From positions 1 to 59,969 of the forward strand of contig JAUCBJ010000208.1 of NCBI GenBank assembly GCA_032718475.1: a stretch of 59,969 nucleotides of DNA, written 5' to 3'. This DNA is from Nemertoderma westbladi. Its lineage: Eukaryota > Animalia > Xenacoelomorpha. The translations under genes and the position numbers were made by a program. Under the pieces are notes generated by a model, which did no database searches, was not told the DNA's origin, and worked only from the letters and a program-made list of their open reading frames with translations. Below, one piece after another: positions 1 through 11,878 of this stretch. Numbering within the stretch: position 1 is the stretch's first letter; each line of letters begins with the position of its first letter.

Positions 1-585
1 TGTAGAAGACTCTAAGACTCCATAAAGATACAACCTATGCTGTAGTAGATACCTACCAAGTTTCAGCTGAAAAGAATTAAAAACAACCAAATGAGATCAG
101 GTTTTCACTACCAGACAATTCGCCCTCTAGCGGCAGACGGGGGAACTGTATACGACTCTAAGACTCCGTAAAGGTACATGCTATTTTGTAATATATGCAT
201 ACCAAGTTCCAGTCTAAACGGATTGTAAATAACAAAGTTGGAGAAGGTGGTCACTTTCAGTGATTTCGCCCTCTAGCGGCAGACTGGAGAAATGCAGATT
301 TAACTGCGTCTCTGTAAAAATGCAGCCTTTGCTAAATTAGACACCTGCAAAGTTTTATCTTAAACGGATTTTAAATAACAAAGTTAGAGAAGATTTTCAA
401 ATAAGACAATTCACTCTCTAGCGGCAGATGGTGGAACTTCAGATGGCTCTGAATATTACGTAGCAACGAGTTAAGGTGAGACCTTTCTAACGAGCTATAG
501 CAAGCGAGATTTCATCGAGATGAGTTCGATTATATAGCCGAAGACAAACAGACATACAGACAATTGATTTTTATATACCGGTATA
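1..585. repeat. Degenerate internally repeated element (three ~150-bp diverged units), possibly Helentron/HINE-like non-autonomous repeat
   Basis: Motif (t)cgccctctagcggcaga recurs near 120, 266 and 411; accaagttt/accaagttcc-type motifs recur; ends in gacaaacagacatacagac...ttttatata. Family assignment is inference. Confidence 0.35.
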
Positions 586-1923
586 TTAGATTAGATAAAA
601 TAATAATAATACAGTAAAAAGGCCTACAGAAATAATCACTTTACTACAGTAAAACAACAAAATAGCTAAAATGTCATAAACCTCTCCTTCCATGCAGCCA
701 TTGATTGAGAAAGCAGAATTACTCTTGGACAGTTCGCAACAGACATCCCACCCCAATCAACACTCCAGCCTGGCTTGCTCCTTATCTGTGCCCAGCTAGC
801 TGCGAGTTCAATAATTACATAACGTTGCTATGATACAGAAAAAAATCCTTCCCTATTCACTAACAATAGGCCAATTCGATCGTGCTTGGCGAATATGACA
901 TATTTATACACTATTTGATTTTTAATCAATAAATAATCATACATATTAATATTAAACACTCGAATAAAATAAAAACTTTGTGAGAATGGGACACGGCGAA
1001 TCTACTCATGTTAATTTTATACCAGGTGGGATAAATGTTACCCATCTAAATCATTAATTACCGATAGAAGAAGTTGATAGTAGGGTTGGGGTTTAAGACA
1101 ATTTCTGTCTCGGGTTTCGACAAGGCAACCTTAACCTTTTGAAAAAAAAGGTTGGGAATACCCGAGAAAATGCAGAGCTGTGGCAGATATTTAAGGCTGT
1201 CTCTATTGTTTTCTTCTAAGCTCCAGTCCAATGCAAACAATTACATTTACTAAAGAAAATTTAACATTATTGTAATTTTTTTTTATGAAGTTTCGTAATA
1301 ATCCAAACAGCATACATCCATCCAGCTAGATTAAAAAAAATAATAAATAAAATAAAAAATAAATCGCTGATTTACAACAATCAATAATTTACTCAACGTC
1401 GTGTATTATGTATAGAGTATACTGAAGGTATATTGAATTATAATATTATCTTTTGTTACATTAATTATGTCAACTTAACAGCGTTCTGGTGAATTACTCG
1501 TAACGCTGCAAAGTACTACTTTGCAGCGTTGCGGCCTATAGGACGGAACGCTGCAAAGTAATCAATGACATGGAAACAACTTCAAATTACCGTATTCCAG
1601 AATGTATTATTTCCATTTATGTTAATGATTCCTGCTTTATTATTCACTTTGCAGTGACGGGACTAGCTACAGTACTGTATGTAAATAATTGTTTAACGTG
1701 TACTGTAATCCATTATGGCGAAACGTCCAATAGAAGACACTAAAATAACCAAAGAAAATGGCGACAGTGTTCAGTAAAACTGAACGGACACAGACGGTGA
1801 CTAAGTTTGCTTCAGTCGACTATAATGGTCAAGATGGATTAATGATTTATCACATCCAAGCAGGAAATAACTTCCAGTAAACTTTAATTAGATTTAAATG
1901 TATGATTAATACTGTGTACCTGT

Positions 1924-2127
1924 ACTCGGTGGATTGAATAAGCATGGTGGACAGCCCATGACTTTCTTGAGACGCATCTTAAAGGACACTGGCCTTGAAG
2001 ATGCGGATGATCTAGCAAATGTCATGGGTGATAGGGAGTTGTGGCGGTGCAATTTTGTCGATAAGCCGGCACAGCATTCTTAAAAATGCAGCTGCAATGC
2101 AGCATGCCGATCCTAGTAGTAGTAGTA
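1924..2127 (+). mobile_element. 5'-truncated RTE-clade LINE 3' end with (TAG)n tail
   Basis: Encodes ...LKDTGLEDADDLANVMGDRELWR (RTE ORF C-terminus), ends in tagtagtagtagtag, flanked by 10-bp TSD gtgtacctgt (1914-1923, 2128-2137); homologous to copies at 49.4 and 50.4 kb. Confidence 0.8.
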
Positions 2128-2491
2128 GTGTACCTGTTAATAAATTTCAATTTCATTAAAATGTTCAAGTGAGCATCCATAAAATCCTTTCTTCACATAC
2201 CGAACGCTGATAAGTTGGCAAAATGTAACAAAATTACATACATCATTGCTTGCAAAGGTCACTTTTCAGCGTTAAAGACCCTTGTTTATTTATGTAAACC
2301 TCCCTCGCTGCGCTCGATCGGTACATAAATAAACTCGGGGGTCATACTCATAACGCTGCAAAAATGTATTCAATCCATTGCACACAATGATGTAAATAGT
2401 TATTATTTATATTAGGCCTACACCCCAATCTCATAACATGTTTTATAAACGCAAATTATATAACTGATGAGCGAGTTATCAGTTGGTAGGA

Positions 2492-4168
2492 TCAGAACTT
2501 ATCAACCAGATTGAGTATCCGTTGCTGCTCGCGACTTCTATCCTGGGTTGTACCGATGTGACCCGCGTACTCTCGCATTAGGTTCCTAATCACCTTTATA
2601 GACCCCCGATGCAGGTTCAACCCCTGTAGGATGCGCTCCTTAATGGTCGCCTGGGCTGCAGACAGTTCTAGAATAATGGAGTCTATGTGATGGAGGGTAA
2701 ACAAACCGGCTTCCAGTCTCCGTAGATAGAAATCCTCGTCTTGCTCTGCGGTTGGCTCCTCTTCCAGATCATCTCGCAGCCTATCGATAACGTGATCTAT
2801 AGCCTGCACTTTCTCCAGATACCGGAAATGAAGTTCAATAAGTCTATCGACTTTGGCCATGTTGGTTTCTATGAATTTACTTAAAAGACGTTGCCGTTGT
2901 TGACCCTCGCAGTTCCGCACTAGCGAGCTCACGATAGACGCCACATTGCTGACCACAGCGCCGTCTGACATCCCGATCGCTTTACTGCATTTAGGCGGCT
3001 TCATAAAGAGCGGGAAAATAGTCCGCAGACCGAGAATGTCCACGAACTTCTGGCAGTTCTCTATGCCGTCGTCGGCGCACATCGCGAAGTCGAGGACTTT
3101 GAGGGCGCTGAACCGCGACAACTTTTTCTCCCTCAGCATCAGGTTCATCAACTGGAGACCCTCCCCGTGGAGGAACTTATCGCGAATCCCGGTCAGCATC
3201 AAACAGGAGCACAGACAGTTAAACAGGTTCTCCATGAGTTCAATCTCCTCGGGGGTGGAGGGGTCCGTCCGCTTGTAGACCGCGAGTTGCTGAAGGAGGA
3301 TATCGATGCCGTCCTGCTCCCCGAGGAGTTTGCGAACCTCATCGTTGTCCTGGAGCAGCACAGAGAGCAACTCGCTCGTGTAGAGTTTATTCTGATCAAA
3401 TGGAATTTTAGCTCGAAGTCGTCTGAGTAGGAACGCCAGAAGGCCTTGATTCGCTACATCGAAATGGCATCTCGGTTTAACTTCGAGAATGTTCTCAATG
3501 ATACCGAGGGAGCTGTGGATAGCGTCGGACTCCTCTTTGACGGTGTCGTCAAGGCGGTCGATGATCTGCACGATGAGACTGATGATCTGATTGTCGATGA
3601 GTGCGTCGACGAGTAAACTAACGCTGGCCGCATCGGCGTCATCCTCGGAGTCTCCGTCGGAAAGTTCTTTAATAAGATCGATAACTGCCACGCAGATGTC
3701 AACGTTCTCGTGGTTTAGCGTGCTGAGTAGCGATTTAACGCTGTTTAGGTTGACGAGGAGGTAGTAATGCTCGGGGACTGTAGCGAGGATGTGGAGTTCT
3801 TCGATGGCGAAATGCAACTCGAGTTCCGAGTCCATAAACTTCCGAGGGTGGTCAGGGAATTTAATGCGCATCTCTTGGTTACGGTAAACCCGTTTCTCGA
3901 AGTTCAGAATGAGTTTCCGGATGGCGTTATCGTCGATTGGAATGTCATCGGTTACGTCGTTGGATTCGAGAAGTTCGGCGATATCCCGCGGATCCGGGCT
4001 CGGTTTACCGATGGTCTCCGAAGACGCCGGTTGGCTTGGTAACGGGGGTCCGAATCGCGACTGTTTCTTGTGCGGTATCTCGTCCGATGGTTCAGAGATT
4101 GGACGTTTCAGCGCGTTGGTGGCCTCATTAATAGGCGGGTTGTACCCGAGTAATTCCTCGACGTTCAT
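2492..4168 (-). CDS. CTNNBL1: Beta-catenin-like protein 1 (Prp19/CDC5L spliceosome complex), 558 aa, single coding exon
   Basis: FEKRVYRNQEMRIKFPDHPRKFMDSELEL, NKLYTSELLSVLLQ, ELMENLFNCLCSCL, FLHGEGLQLMNLML, FYLRRLEAGLFTL match CTNNBL1 over its full length. Confidence 0.97.
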   Translation of the reverse strand: MNVEELLGYNPPINEATNALKRPISEPSDEIPHKKQSRFGPPLPSQPASSETIGKPSPDPRDIAELLESNDVTDDIPIDDNAIRKLILNFEKRVYRNQEMRIKFPDHPRKFMDSELELHFAIEELHILATVPEHYYLLVNLNSVKSLLSTLNHENVDICVAVIDLIKELSDGDSEDDADAASVSLLVDALIDNQIISLIVQIIDRLDDTVKEESDAIHSSLGIIENILEVKPRCHFDVANQGLLAFLLRRLRAKIPFDQNKLYTSELLSVLLQDNDEVRKLLGEQDGIDILLQQLAVYKRTDPSTPEEIELMENLFNCLCSCLMLTGIRDKFLHGEGLQLMNLMLREKKLSRFSALKVLDFAMCADDGIENCQKFVDILGLRTIFPLFMKPPKCSKAIGMSDGAVVSNVASIVSSLVRNCEGQQRQRLLSKFIETNMAKVDRLIELHFRYLEKVQAIDHVIDRLRDDLEEEPTAEQDEDFYLRRLEAGLFTLHHIDSIILELSAAQATIKERILQGLNLHRGSIKVIRNLMREYAGHIGTTQDRSREQQRILNLVDKF

Positions 4169-4282
4169 ATCGCTGTATCGTTAGTTCTGTAGTTGATTAC
4201 ACGATTAATTAACACATTAATGTTCTATTTCAGTATTTGTATTGTACTGGTCTGTCACCTGTCGGTAGGCTACCCTGGAACC

Positions 4283-5853
4283 GACAAGTCCCTAAAAGGT
4301 GCCACCCTGCTCCATAGCGCGGGAAATTCAAATGATTGAAAGACATGTTATTTGTACTGGAAAGGGTGGCAGATATGATATGCCACTGCCACCTATATAT
4401 TGGCGCCTTGGCGGTAAATTCAAATCTGTTTTAACATTGAATACATGAATAGAGTAAGACCAATGTAATTCATTGAATCAGAATAACTGAATAAATGATT
4501 TCTTATCGGTTTAACTCACTCATCTGTTATTGTTGTTGTTTTATCTATTCTGGGAGCAGCACGTGAACAACTAAACCTGACGTTAAATAGTCTGGGGCAT
4601 AGAGCAGCACGTGAACAACTAAACTGGCTGGTTACCTAGTCTGGGAACCTTGGAGCAGCACTTGAACAACTACAGAACTAAGCTGACTGGGTAACTAGTC
4701 TGGGACTTCGAGCAGCTCAGCAGCACTTGAACAACTAAGCTGACTGGTAAACTATTCTGGGACTTCAAGCAGCACTTGAACAACTAAACCAGCACATTAA
4801 CTAGTCTTGGGCAGAGCAGCACGTGAACAAATAAACTGGCTGGTTAGTGGTTACCTAGTCTGGGACTTCGAGCAGCACGTGAACAATTAAACCAGCACGT
4901 TAACTAGTCTGGGGCTTCGAGCAGCACGTGAACAACTAAGCTGACTGGTTAACTAGTCTGGGACTTCCTGTAGCACGTGAACAACTAAGCTGATTGGTTA
5001 ACTAGTCTGGGACTTCGATAGTAGCACGTGAACAACTAAGCTGACTGGTTAACAAGTCTGGGACTTCGAGCAGCACGTGAATAACTAAGCTGACTGGTTA
5101 ACTAGTCTGGTACATGTCTGGGACAGATATAGCAGTATAGGCGGAGGCATTCTGGCATTATACACCTATCTGCCTATTGTTATTACAGTATGCCTACCTA
5201 CAGCTACCATACTGCCATATATTTTATTATCAGTTCCCTGCTATATTGTTATAATTATAATGTTCTGATCTGATGTAATTATAACTGATACAACTGTACA
5301 ACAGTACACAGGTACAACAGTACAAGCAAATAATAAATGTTCTTTACATTTTACTGATAGAAGTTAAGCCAAATCCCCGATCCCCAAATCCTCAATTTGC
5401 AATTTTGCAAACTAGTTAACCATTCAGCTAAGTTGTTCACGTGCTACTGGAAGTCCCAGACTGGTTAACCAGTCAGCTTAGAGTTGTCCAAGTGCTACTT
5501 GAAGTCCCAGACTAGTTAACCAGTCAGCTTAGTTGTTCAAGTGCTGCTCCAAATCCCAGACTAGGTAACCAGCCAGTTTAGTTGTTCACGTGCTGCTCTA
5601 TATCCCAGACTAGTTAACGTCAGGTTTAGTTGTTCACGTGCTGCTCGAAGTCCCAGAATAGATAAAACAACAACAATAACAGATGAGTGAGTTAAACCGA
5701 TAAGAAATAATTTATTCTGATTCAATGAATTACATTAGTCTTACTCTATTCATGTATTCAATGTTAAAACAGATTTGAATTTACCGCCAAAATATAGGTA
5801 GCAGATCTGATCTGCCACCCTTTCCAGTACAAATTACATGTCTTTCAATCATT
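4283..5853. mobile_element. Foldback-type element: long inverted arms with internal ~49-bp tandem subrepeats
   Basis: 4331-4555 is the reverse complement of ~5650-5853; subrepeat gagcagcacgtgaacaactaagctgactggttaactagtctgggacttc occurs ~11x at 4555-5110 and ~5x inverted at 5410-5655; terminal part also at 51397-51454/52398-52487. Confidence 0.8.
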
Positions 5854-6376
5854 TCCATCAATCATCAAAATAAAATTAACACATATCTGGCAAAGTAGGA
5901 CTAATCTAAATAAGCGCATGTACTATTACAATAAAAATAAGGGTAATACAGTATTATTGAGGATGAGAAATGTACGCATTTTACAATTACAACAATTTGA
6001 CAATTACTCATTGCTGGATGCTCATTTACAATTGCTCGATTATACTGGCAATTTAATCACGATCTGTACTTAAAAACAGTCGTTTGACCTACTATCTGAC
6101 TACATATTACCTGATTACCAGATTACAGTATTACACGTTCGTGGGGCCTTCGCGCAGCACGAGGCCCAGTTATGAGATACAAATTAAAATTGAGCGACTG
6201 TATCACAAAATCTGGTTTTGAGAAATTTACCCACACCACCAATCAATCAAAGAAAGGGGGACAGTACGTGTTCACCCCTTTTAATCCCCCCCCCCCCCCC
6301 ACCCTTCCCAACCACCAATACATAACCGCGACATCTACCACCCACGGAAGGGTAGCACGAACTTATTTCCAATCGC

Positions 6377-7205
6377 ACGTTCAATATGCAAAGCCAGGTG
6401 GTTTATAGGAATATAATAAACGCAGTACTCGTCTTCATTATAAGCCTCGTTGCGTTCGTCCTGCTTTGTATTTAAATATATTTCTTGAACGCGGGCTGAC
6501 GATCTTTATAATAATAACTAGGGATGCGTTCAATATGGTAAGCCAGGAGGTTTATATAATAATAATAGTCAACGCAGTACTCGTCTTCATTATAAGTCTC
6601 GTTGTGCTCGTCCTGTTTTGTATTTAAATATATTTCTTAAACGCAGGCTGACGATCTTTATAATAATAATAACTAGGGATGCGTTCAATATGTGAAGCCA
6701 GGTGGTTTATATAATAATAATAGTCAACGCAGTACTCGTCTTCATTATAAGCCTCGTTGTGCTCGTCCTGTTTTGTATTTAAATATATTTCTTAAACGCA
6801 GGCTGACGATCTTTATAATAATAATAACTAGGGATGCGTTCAATATGTGAAGCCAGGTGGTTTATATAATAATAATAGTCAACGCAGTACTCGTCTTCAT
6901 TATAAGTCTCGTTGTGCTCGTCCTGTTTTGTATTTAAATATATTTCTTAAACGCAGGCTGACGATCTTTATAATAATAATAACTAGGGATGCGTTCAATA
7001 TGTGAAGCCAGGTGGTTTATATAATAATAATAGTCAACGCAGTACTCGTCTTCATTATAATATAAAGCCTCGTTGTGCTCGTCCTGTTTTGTATTTAAAT
7101 ATATTTCATAAACGAAGACTGACGATCTTTATAATGCGTTCAATAGGCGAAGCCAGGTATGGTTTTGGTTTATAGGAATATAGTCTACGCAGCACTCGTC
7201 CTCAT
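6377..7205. repeat. 155-bp tandem repeat, ~5.5 copies
   Basis: gcgttcaatatgtgaagccaggtgg... starts at 6681, 6836, 6991 (spacing 155), with diverged copies at ~6377, ~6526 and ~7136. Confidence 0.92.
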
Positions 7206-8322
7206 GAGCCCAAGTTATAGTGTGGCAATGTAGATGCAGTAGTTGCACCCGGCCAGCCGAAAACTCGGAGCAATAGGCCTACTGCTTGCACAATGCGTGT
7301 CAATTTCAACACCGTCGGGCACTGGTTGATGGCAGAGTGAGATTAAAAAACCGGATTTCATCCTCGGTTACGGTTAGTCCAGTTTGCCTGTAGCGGCAGC
7401 GATACCGAAAGTCGAGGTCAACAGACAGAGGCGGCCTTGGTGGTGAGTTGTTTGATTTCAATTCCAACACTTTTCTGGGCAGCTGGGTAGACTCTGGTAG
7501 TGGGTACCTGAACTTAGAATGCCGGTCAGCTGGTTAGTCCGCATAACTTCTATTGTTGCAGTTGCCGAGTCGATGGATGGTTGGGGTTGGTAGGGGTAAG
7601 CCTATTGCTATTGTTGTATTGGCAGATTGATATGTCTGTATGTACATCTACATCTGATTATACCAGTTGCCGGCGCCGTCGGTCGTACCAATACATAGTC
7701 TTTAATTAACATATTTAACCGTTAACAAGAGCAGAAACCGTAAACGAAGAAATTCATTTTCTTTTGTCGCTGACAGGAGCGTAGACAGCAGTTGCTACCA
7801 GTCCGGTTATACTTCTACAGTTCTACAGTCTGACAGTAGTCAGGTACCGGTAGTAGGGCGGTACGGCGGACGACGCCAACGGACCCTCTAATCTAATTCA
7901 GGACTGCAGTCCAACAGTCCGGAGTCCGCGCTGCATGGCTAATTAGGGCCTACAGAATTAGGCCTGTCCTGTAGTACAAGTACAGAAGTATACGTGATCT
8001 ATAATGACTGAACCGGTACCGCGGTACCAGTCAGCCAGTACCGCAAAACACCGAATACAGTATGTCTGTATGGTATTGCAGTATTGCTGTATTGTCTGAT
8101 AACAGGATTCCTCATTCAGGGATTGACATTGAGTATAGCTGTATAGTACCGGTACAGGCAGACAGGCAGACAGGCAGACAGGCCATAATGGAATTACTGT
8201 AATTTTGTAATTTGCCAGAAACCCAGCTGATTTAGTCTCCTAGCAACCTGCTGATGTCAAGCGTTATAATTTTGAATAAATAAATTTATTATAACTGTAA
8301 AGACAGTTACACTGGCAGACTG

Positions 8323-8770
8323 GTGCTGCACGAAGGCCCCACGCAAATTCAACTTGGAAAATTTCTAAACTTTTGACAGACTATTTGTGTACCAAGTTTG
8401 GTTACATTTCATCGAGGATTGATAGAGTTATTAACGTTCCAAATTGAACATTGCAAAAAAAGCGACAGAACGACTTAATTAACTAATTAACTGCTATTAT
8501 CTTAGCTTCTCGAAGGTCACACGGAAATTCAACTTGGAAAATTTCTAAACTTTTGCCAAACAACATGTGTACCAAGTTTTGGATAGATTTCATCGAAGAT
8601 TGGCCGAGTTATTAACGTTTAAAATTGAACAAGAACGACAGGTTGATTAATGGTACCACTACTGCACTACGCTAAGGCTCACTCACTTCGTGGCTCGCCC
8701 CACAGGTTGATTAATGGTATACCACTATGCTAAGGCTCACTCACTTCGTGGCTCGCCCCACAACTATTAA
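8323..8770 (+). repeat. Dispersed repeat with internal ~180-bp and ~60-bp duplications (Helentron/HINE-like)
   Basis: aaattcaacttggaaaatttctaaacttttg...accaagttt occurs twice; caggttgattaatggt...ctcacttcgtggctcgcccca twice; related sequence at ~54995-55150 and ~57820-57980; its start gtgctgcacgaaggccccac is inverted at 6141-6160 and similar at 52812. Confidence 0.5.
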
Positions 8771-8924
8771 TGTTTACATTTCTTCAAATTTCCTTGCTCA
8801 CTACGCTTGCATTTTAATGTTAAAATATTGTAGGCCTATAGCAATTGCAATATAAACTGACAAGACTGATAAATGATTACAATAATCAGATACCGGTAAT
8901 TGCAAAATTTCGCATGATGGGTGG

Positions 8925-9548
8925 GTGACAGACCGAACGTAATCAGGATCGAACAGTCGAATATAACATAGTTTTTATGAATCGAACGTAACCTCAATTA
9001 CTGAATTGTTACATTGGATCCTATAACTGTGTTACATTCGATCTACAAATTACTAAGATCGAATGTAACATATATATTTGTCTGTTTGTTTCAGTTGCGT
9101 TTTGATTTCAGGAGTTAACCGATGAAATGCTTCCTTTATGTACAGGAAGAAACAGTTTGGTGAGTACAAAACAAAGACCCAAGACCCAATTAAGTAACCT
9201 GAATAATCTTGTAACATGTGTTAACTTTCGTTTATTGTTTTGGTTCTCCCAACACGCCTCTGTAACCTGTTCATCCTTTAAATAAAAAGTACCGGTAACT
9301 TGAATAATCTTGTAACATCTGTTAACTTTCGTTTATTGTTATTGGTTCCCCCAACACGCCTCTGTAACCTGCTCATTTAATTGGCAATGTTACATTCAGG
9401 CTTAGTAATTTGTAGATCTAATGTAACATAGTTATAGGATCCAATGTAACATAATTGCGGTTACGTTCGATACGTAACAGCGTAATAACTACCGGTCTGC
9501 CGGTATGTTACATATTCGATCAGCTGATTACGTTCGGTGTCATGTCAG
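8925..9548. mobile_element. Non-autonomous TIR element (MITE-like)
   Basis: ccgaacgtaatcag...tgttacattggatcctataactgtgttacattcgatctacaaattactaag (8930-9070) is mirrored at 9385-9540; internal ~100-bp direct repeat at 9195-9370. Confidence 0.7.
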
Positions 9549-10016
9549 CATGTATCCTTTCATGATCAATTTGTCAATGACAGAATGGTTGGCGCGCATT
9601 TGATGTCATGGCTGGCGCGCTTTTCGTTTAACCACAACCCTTGTGCGCGTGTGGTGCGCTTTTTCCCAATATTCTGATATTCCATATAGCTGTATAGGCG
9701 GCTGGCACTGGCCTAGGCAGCTAGCAGGCTAGGGGCTAGGCTAAGGCTGTAGGCCTAAGTCAGTACGTACCCAGTAAGTGAAGGCTACAGGGCTACCGGC
9801 CCAGCACAGCAGCAATGTACTGATGTAGGTAACACCGTGTAACACCTAACACTCTGCTCTGACACTGCGACTGCAAGCAACTTTAATGATGTAGGTCTAC
9901 CAGTGTTCACAGTACCGGTATTATCTGTAATCGGTAATGGAGGCATACGCATCTGGCATATACGATAGGCTACGCGTACCGGTAACGCGGTAACTGACTG
10001 ACAGATTGAGCTGATA

Positions 10017-11195
10017 ATGTTTTCTATGCGTATTGTCGACGCCGATTTCTACTTGGACATTCCATCTCCAGGCTTAGACGTTGTTACATCCGAATTCAGA
10101 TGCGGCCGCGTTGCTAAAGTTCCCATTATACGAATATTCGGTCCGTCTGCAACCGGTTCAAAGACCTGCCTACACGTACATGGCGTCTTCCCGTATCTCT
10201 ATACCGTGTACTCGCGAGACATCGATCTCAACCAGTTCGCTGACGCCGTCGATAAATCTATGGATGTCGCCCTCGGTAGGAGCTCGGATTGCGGCCCACC
10301 TACCCAACACGTTTTCAAGATAACTCGAGTTGCTGGAACTCCGTTCTACGGCTACCACAGTGGGGAGACCAGATTCCTTAAGATTTATTTATACCGGCCA
10401 ACTCATATAGGTAAACTTGCAGAGGTGTTGTTGTCTGGAGTAGTCATGGGGATGCAGTTTCAACCCCACGAATCGCACATTCCATTTTTGTTGCAATTTT
10501 TTATTGATTTTAATTTATACGGTATGAATATGATCGATGTTTGTAACACAAAATACCGACGTCACCCCAATGAAGTATCATCAGAGTCTCAGATTTTGCT
10601 TTCTAAACTGAAACCCCACAGTTACTGTAAGATAGAGGCTGATGTTGTAGCCGCCGATATATTGAACAGGGAGGCAGTGGAGGGTGGAGGAATGATTCCT
10701 GGGTTGGCTTACCTCTGGGAGGAGGAGAAGGCTAGACTTCGGTTGGCTGGGAAACCATCACAGATCGACTCCCCTTATCGACAAGATCTTGATAATTTTG
10801 TAAGAAAACTTCCTACAGAAAACCGCAATGATGTATTCGATAGCTTTATGGACGTTCTGCTAAAGAAAGACTCCACTGTAACTAGCCCTTTAATGTTTGA
10901 GAACTCTGAACTGACTTCCCCTCTTAGCGGAAGTGACGTCACCGAAAGCGAATTGGCGTGGACGGCGTGTAGTCAGTTAGATTTGCATCTAGATGAGTTT
11001 AATGAAACTGCTGATCTAAGTAACAATATAATTAGTGTAGGCGGCTTAGATGAGGAGCCAGAAGCTATCGATGTTGGTTTATCTGAATATTATAATATTG
11101 ATAAAGATTCTATTTTGGGTTGTGATCCTCTTGATACTGATATAAATGTTGATGACGAAGTTATGGAAATGAGTCAGATATTAGTGTCTGAATGA
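10017..11195 (+). CDS. REV3L: DNA polymerase zeta catalytic subunit, N-terminal module (392 aa ORF ending in a stop codon)
   Basis: MFSMRIVDADFY, KVPIIRIFG, KTCLHVHGVFPYLY, PFYGYH, FQPHESHIPFLLQFFIDFNLYGMN, PGLAYLWEEEK are REV3 N-terminal hallmarks. Whether it splices to the downstream ORF is uncertain. Confidence 0.93.
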   Translation: MFSMRIVDADFYLDIPSPGLDVVTSEFRCGRVAKVPIIRIFGPSATGSKTCLHVHGVFPYLYTVYSRDIDLNQFADAVDKSMDVALGRSSDCGPPTQHVFKITRVAGTPFYGYHSGETRFLKIYLYRPTHIGKLAEVLLSGVVMGMQFQPHESHIPFLLQFFIDFNLYGMNMIDVCNTKYRRHPNEVSSESQILLSKLKPHSYCKIEADVVAADILNREAVEGGGMIPGLAYLWEEEKARLRLAGKPSQIDSPYRQDLDNFVRKLPTENRNDVFDSFMDVLLKKDSTVTSPLMFENSELTSPLSGSDVTESELAWTACSQLDLHLDEFNETADLSNNIISVGGLDEEPEAIDVGLSEYYNIDKDSILGCDPLDTDINVDDEVMEMSQILVSE

Positions 11196-11878
11196 TTTTT
11201 ATATCATAATAATATATTAAATTATAAAATAATTTGAAATAAATTTAAATTTAAATATGGGATTAAATTTATTGCAAATACTTTTTTTTTCATTACAGTT
11301 ACCGGTACTCTTAATTTAATAGTAATCAAGCCAATTCCTACAAAACTATCAAATAATCTCAGCAAATATCCACCTGCAATGATATGTACCTGTATATATT
11401 ATTATTATTATACTAATGTATTAAGATAATAATTGATTCATATGAATTAAACCAATGTTAATTAATATTGGTGTATTTAAAATGAATCAATTATTATCTT
11501 ATTACATTATTAATAAATAATTATATTAATAATTGTATTGTATTTTAATTTTAATTTTAGTATTTCATAAATTAATGAATTTATAATAATCATTGAGTTG
11601 TGAAACAAGTCCTTTTAATATTTATATACTTTTGTATTTATAATATTATTTTATATATACATTTAAGATATTTTTTGTATTTTATTAATTATATTTATTT
11701 CAATTGACGTCGATATCCTGTGCCTTTTGAGAATAGACTTTTATTGTTAAAGATTTTTCATAAAATCTTCAAAAAGTAGAAGTTCCTAACTGATGGTAAG
11801 AAATGCGGATACAGCAGGATATAATTTCTAACACAATCACTTTATCTTCATAAATAATTTATTCTTTAAGTTTTGTAG

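Noticed and set aside
2946-4184. Overlapping antisense and alternate-frame ORFs in CTNNBL1 (likewise in REV3, ABCC and the Ly6-like gene)
   Set aside because: Shadow ORFs of real coding sequence with no recognisable motifs.
7215-7660. Possible decayed coding sequence (GC-richer patch)
   Set aside because: Stops in the plausible frames and no motif that I could assign.
11782-11797. gttcctaactgatggt as a decayed VPQLDG Taspase-site exon
   Set aside because: Needs two single-base insertions; too short to distinguish from chance, though raw reads should be checked.
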